A stretch of DNA of 60,667 bases, filler included. It is 7 parts of 7 records of this genome, joined end to end, with 100 filler letters (N's around TTAATTAATTAA, not from the genome) between each part and the next. Parts side by side here need not be neighbours in the genome. Positions count along the whole stretch, not along the records: positions 52,663 to 60,667 come from SRR31156797_29916; 6 more parts are not named here. One strand, written 5' to 3'. Shown here piece by piece: positions 59,143 to 60,667 of the stretch (positions within the stretch are counted from its first letter, which is position 1; the number at the start of each line of letters is the position of its first letter). The translations under genes were made by a program, and so were the position numbers. The notes under the pieces are model-generated. The model was not told the DNA's origin. It saw nothing but the letters and a program-made list of their open reading frames with translations, and ran no database searches.

Positions 59143-60173
59143 TCGAGGTAAAGGATCTCACCATCCATCTGCCGGGGTTCACCCTGAACTCCGTGGATCT
59201 CAAGGTGGAAGACCACGATTTCTTCGCCCTGATCGGTCCCACGGGATCGGGAAAATCCCTGCTCCTCGAGGCGATCATGGGCCTGCTTCCCGTGGACGGG
59301 GGCACCATCCTCCTGAACGGCCGGGACATCACGGCCACGCCCCCGGAAGAGCGGGGCCTCGGCATCGTTTACCAGGACTATGCCCTGTTTCCCCACCTGG
59401 ATGTGAAGGCGAACATCCTCTTCGGGGTGCGCTACCACGACATCCCGGAAAAGGAGAGCCGGGAGCGGTTCCAATTCCTGGTGGACACCATGAACCTCGG
59501 CCATCTGTTGACCCGGCATCCGGGTACCCTGAGCGGCGGGGAAAAGCAGCGGGTGGCCCTGTCCCGGGCCCTGATCCTCAATCCCGGGGTAATTCTCCTG
59601 GACGAGCCCCTTTCCGCCCTCGACCCAATGCTCCAGGACGATCTCAAGAACCTTTTGAAATCCCTGCACCAGGAGTTGGGCACCACTTTTGTCATGGTGT
59701 CCCACGATTTTTCCGACGTGCTTTTCCTGGCCAACCGGGGCGCCATCATCCACAAGGGCGAAATCAAGCAGGCCGGCACGATCCGGCAGCTGTTCGAACA
59801 GCCCGCCTCACCCTTTGCGGCCAGGTTCGTGGGCATGAAGAACGTTTTTTCCATCACCCCCTGCAATGGTTCCGCCGTCACCCTCAAGGGCCTGGATCTC
59901 CAGCTCGGGCATCCGGTCACGGACCACGGCCACCTTGCCCTGCGGCCGGAAGAGATCGTCTGCGACCCCAATGGCCGCGCCGACAGTGCCAACCGCTTTC
60001 CCGGAACCATCAAAAAACTTGTGAACCGGGGGTTCTACTACGATGTTTTTATCCGGGTCCGGGAGGTGGAGTTCATGGCCCAGTGGACCCGCCGGGAGGT
60101 CCTCAAAAACAGGCTCGAGCCCGGCACCGAGACCCGGATCGCCATCCCCATCCACAGCCTGCACACCTTTTAA
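59139..60173 (+). CDS. wtpC: Tungstate/molybdate ABC ATPase with C-terminal TOBE domain
   Basis: GPTGSGKS, QDYALFPHL, LSGGEKQR, LDEPLSALD; ATGA overlap with the permease. Confidence 0.9.
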   Translation: MIEVKDLTIHLPGFTLNSVDLKVEDHDFFALIGPTGSGKSLLLEAIMGLLPVDGGTILLNGRDITATPPEERGLGIVYQDYALFPHLDVKANILFGVRYHDIPEKESRERFQFLVDTMNLGHLLTRHPGTLSGGEKQRVALSRALILNPGVILLDEPLSALDPMLQDDLKNLLKSLHQELGTTFVMVSHDFSDVLFLANRGAIIHKGEIKQAGTIRQLFEQPASPFAARFVGMKNVFSITPCNGSAVTLKGLDLQLGHPVTDHGHLALRPEEIVCDPNGRADSANRFPGTIKKLVNRGFYYDVFIRVREVEFMAQWTRREVLKNRLEPGTETRIAIPIHSLHTF

Positions 60174-60438
60174 GGGCCAAGCCGGCCCGATAAATCAAGC
60201 CCCATTCTTTCGCAAACGCTGTTTTTTCTTGACGAATCCATGGTAATTTGCAATTCATTTAAGAACCTTATCCATGAAAGACAAGCCAGAAAATATCAAC
60301 ATTCTGAATATTGTGCTGCCCGGTTTCCCAAATTTTTAATGCAGGATCAATTGGGGCGTATCCCCCATGTCCCAGGACGCCAAATGGGGGCGCCGTCACG
60401 GTTCAACATAATTAACTTTCAAATAAGGAGAAAGCATT

Positions 60439-60543
60439 ATGGGTGAAAAGGGGAAAAGAGACAAAGCCAAAAAAGATCAGCTGAAAAAGCCCCAGATGGA
60501 TATAAAGGAAAAACGCAAACTGAAAAAAGAAAAGAAGAAATAA
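60439..60543 (+). CDS. Unannotated 34-aa basic peptide
   Basis: MGEKGKRDKAKKDQLKKPQMDIKEKRKLKKEKKK*; TAAGGAG RBS. Confidence 0.65.
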   Translation: MGEKGKRDKAKKDQLKKPQMDIKEKRKLKKEKKK

Positions 60544-60667
60544 ACACCCGTGCCGTCCGGGGGCTGTTTTCTCCAGCCCCCACCCTTTCAAGCCATGTAC
60601 CCCCCCCCCATCTTGTTCTATGGCTTGACCTGCCCAGACTATTTGGTATAGGCTCCTTGAAAAACAT

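Overview
The window is not one locus. It is seven unrelated genome fragments joined by 100-nt N spacers that each carry an artificial TTAATTAATTAA linker. Fragments, with taxonomy inferred from protein style and composition only: (1) 1-14779, GC-rich alphaproteobacterium, with a sensor kinase-ychJ-YkgJ cluster, a Pho-box-preceded phytase-like gene, assorted enzymes and an AT-richer LuxR/secreted-protein island; (2) 14880-22040, FCB/Marinimicrobia-like, with a miaB-unknown-thiamine pyrophosphokinase-SSS operon and gltX; (3) 22141-30190, Bacteroidota, with rpsP, an Mpl/MurC ligase, a 2-hydroxyacyl-CoA dehydratase/activator fusion next to a chemoreceptor, and ahcY; (4) 30291-35508, an amino-acid ABC + DUF1847-like + MalY/PatB operon among MITE-like repeats; (5) 35609-41490, Campylobacterota, with UvrD, two TA-like pairs, a 1-TM beta-rich orphan and guaB; (6) 41591-52562, Desulfovibrionaceae, with macAB-like genes, hflKC, panB and a complete sigma54 promoter driving an unannotated small transcript; (7) 52663-60667, Desulfobacterales-like, with a split tungstate/molybdate ABC transporter enclosing a single-subunit Mo-storage-protein homologue, PadR and a TiaS-N-like protein. 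The strongest candidates for undescribed systems are the W/Mo uptake-storage locus, the dehydratase-activator/MCP pair and the sigma54 small transcript. No rRNA, tRNA or CRISPR array was recognised. All family calls come from motif recognition by eye, not from database searches.
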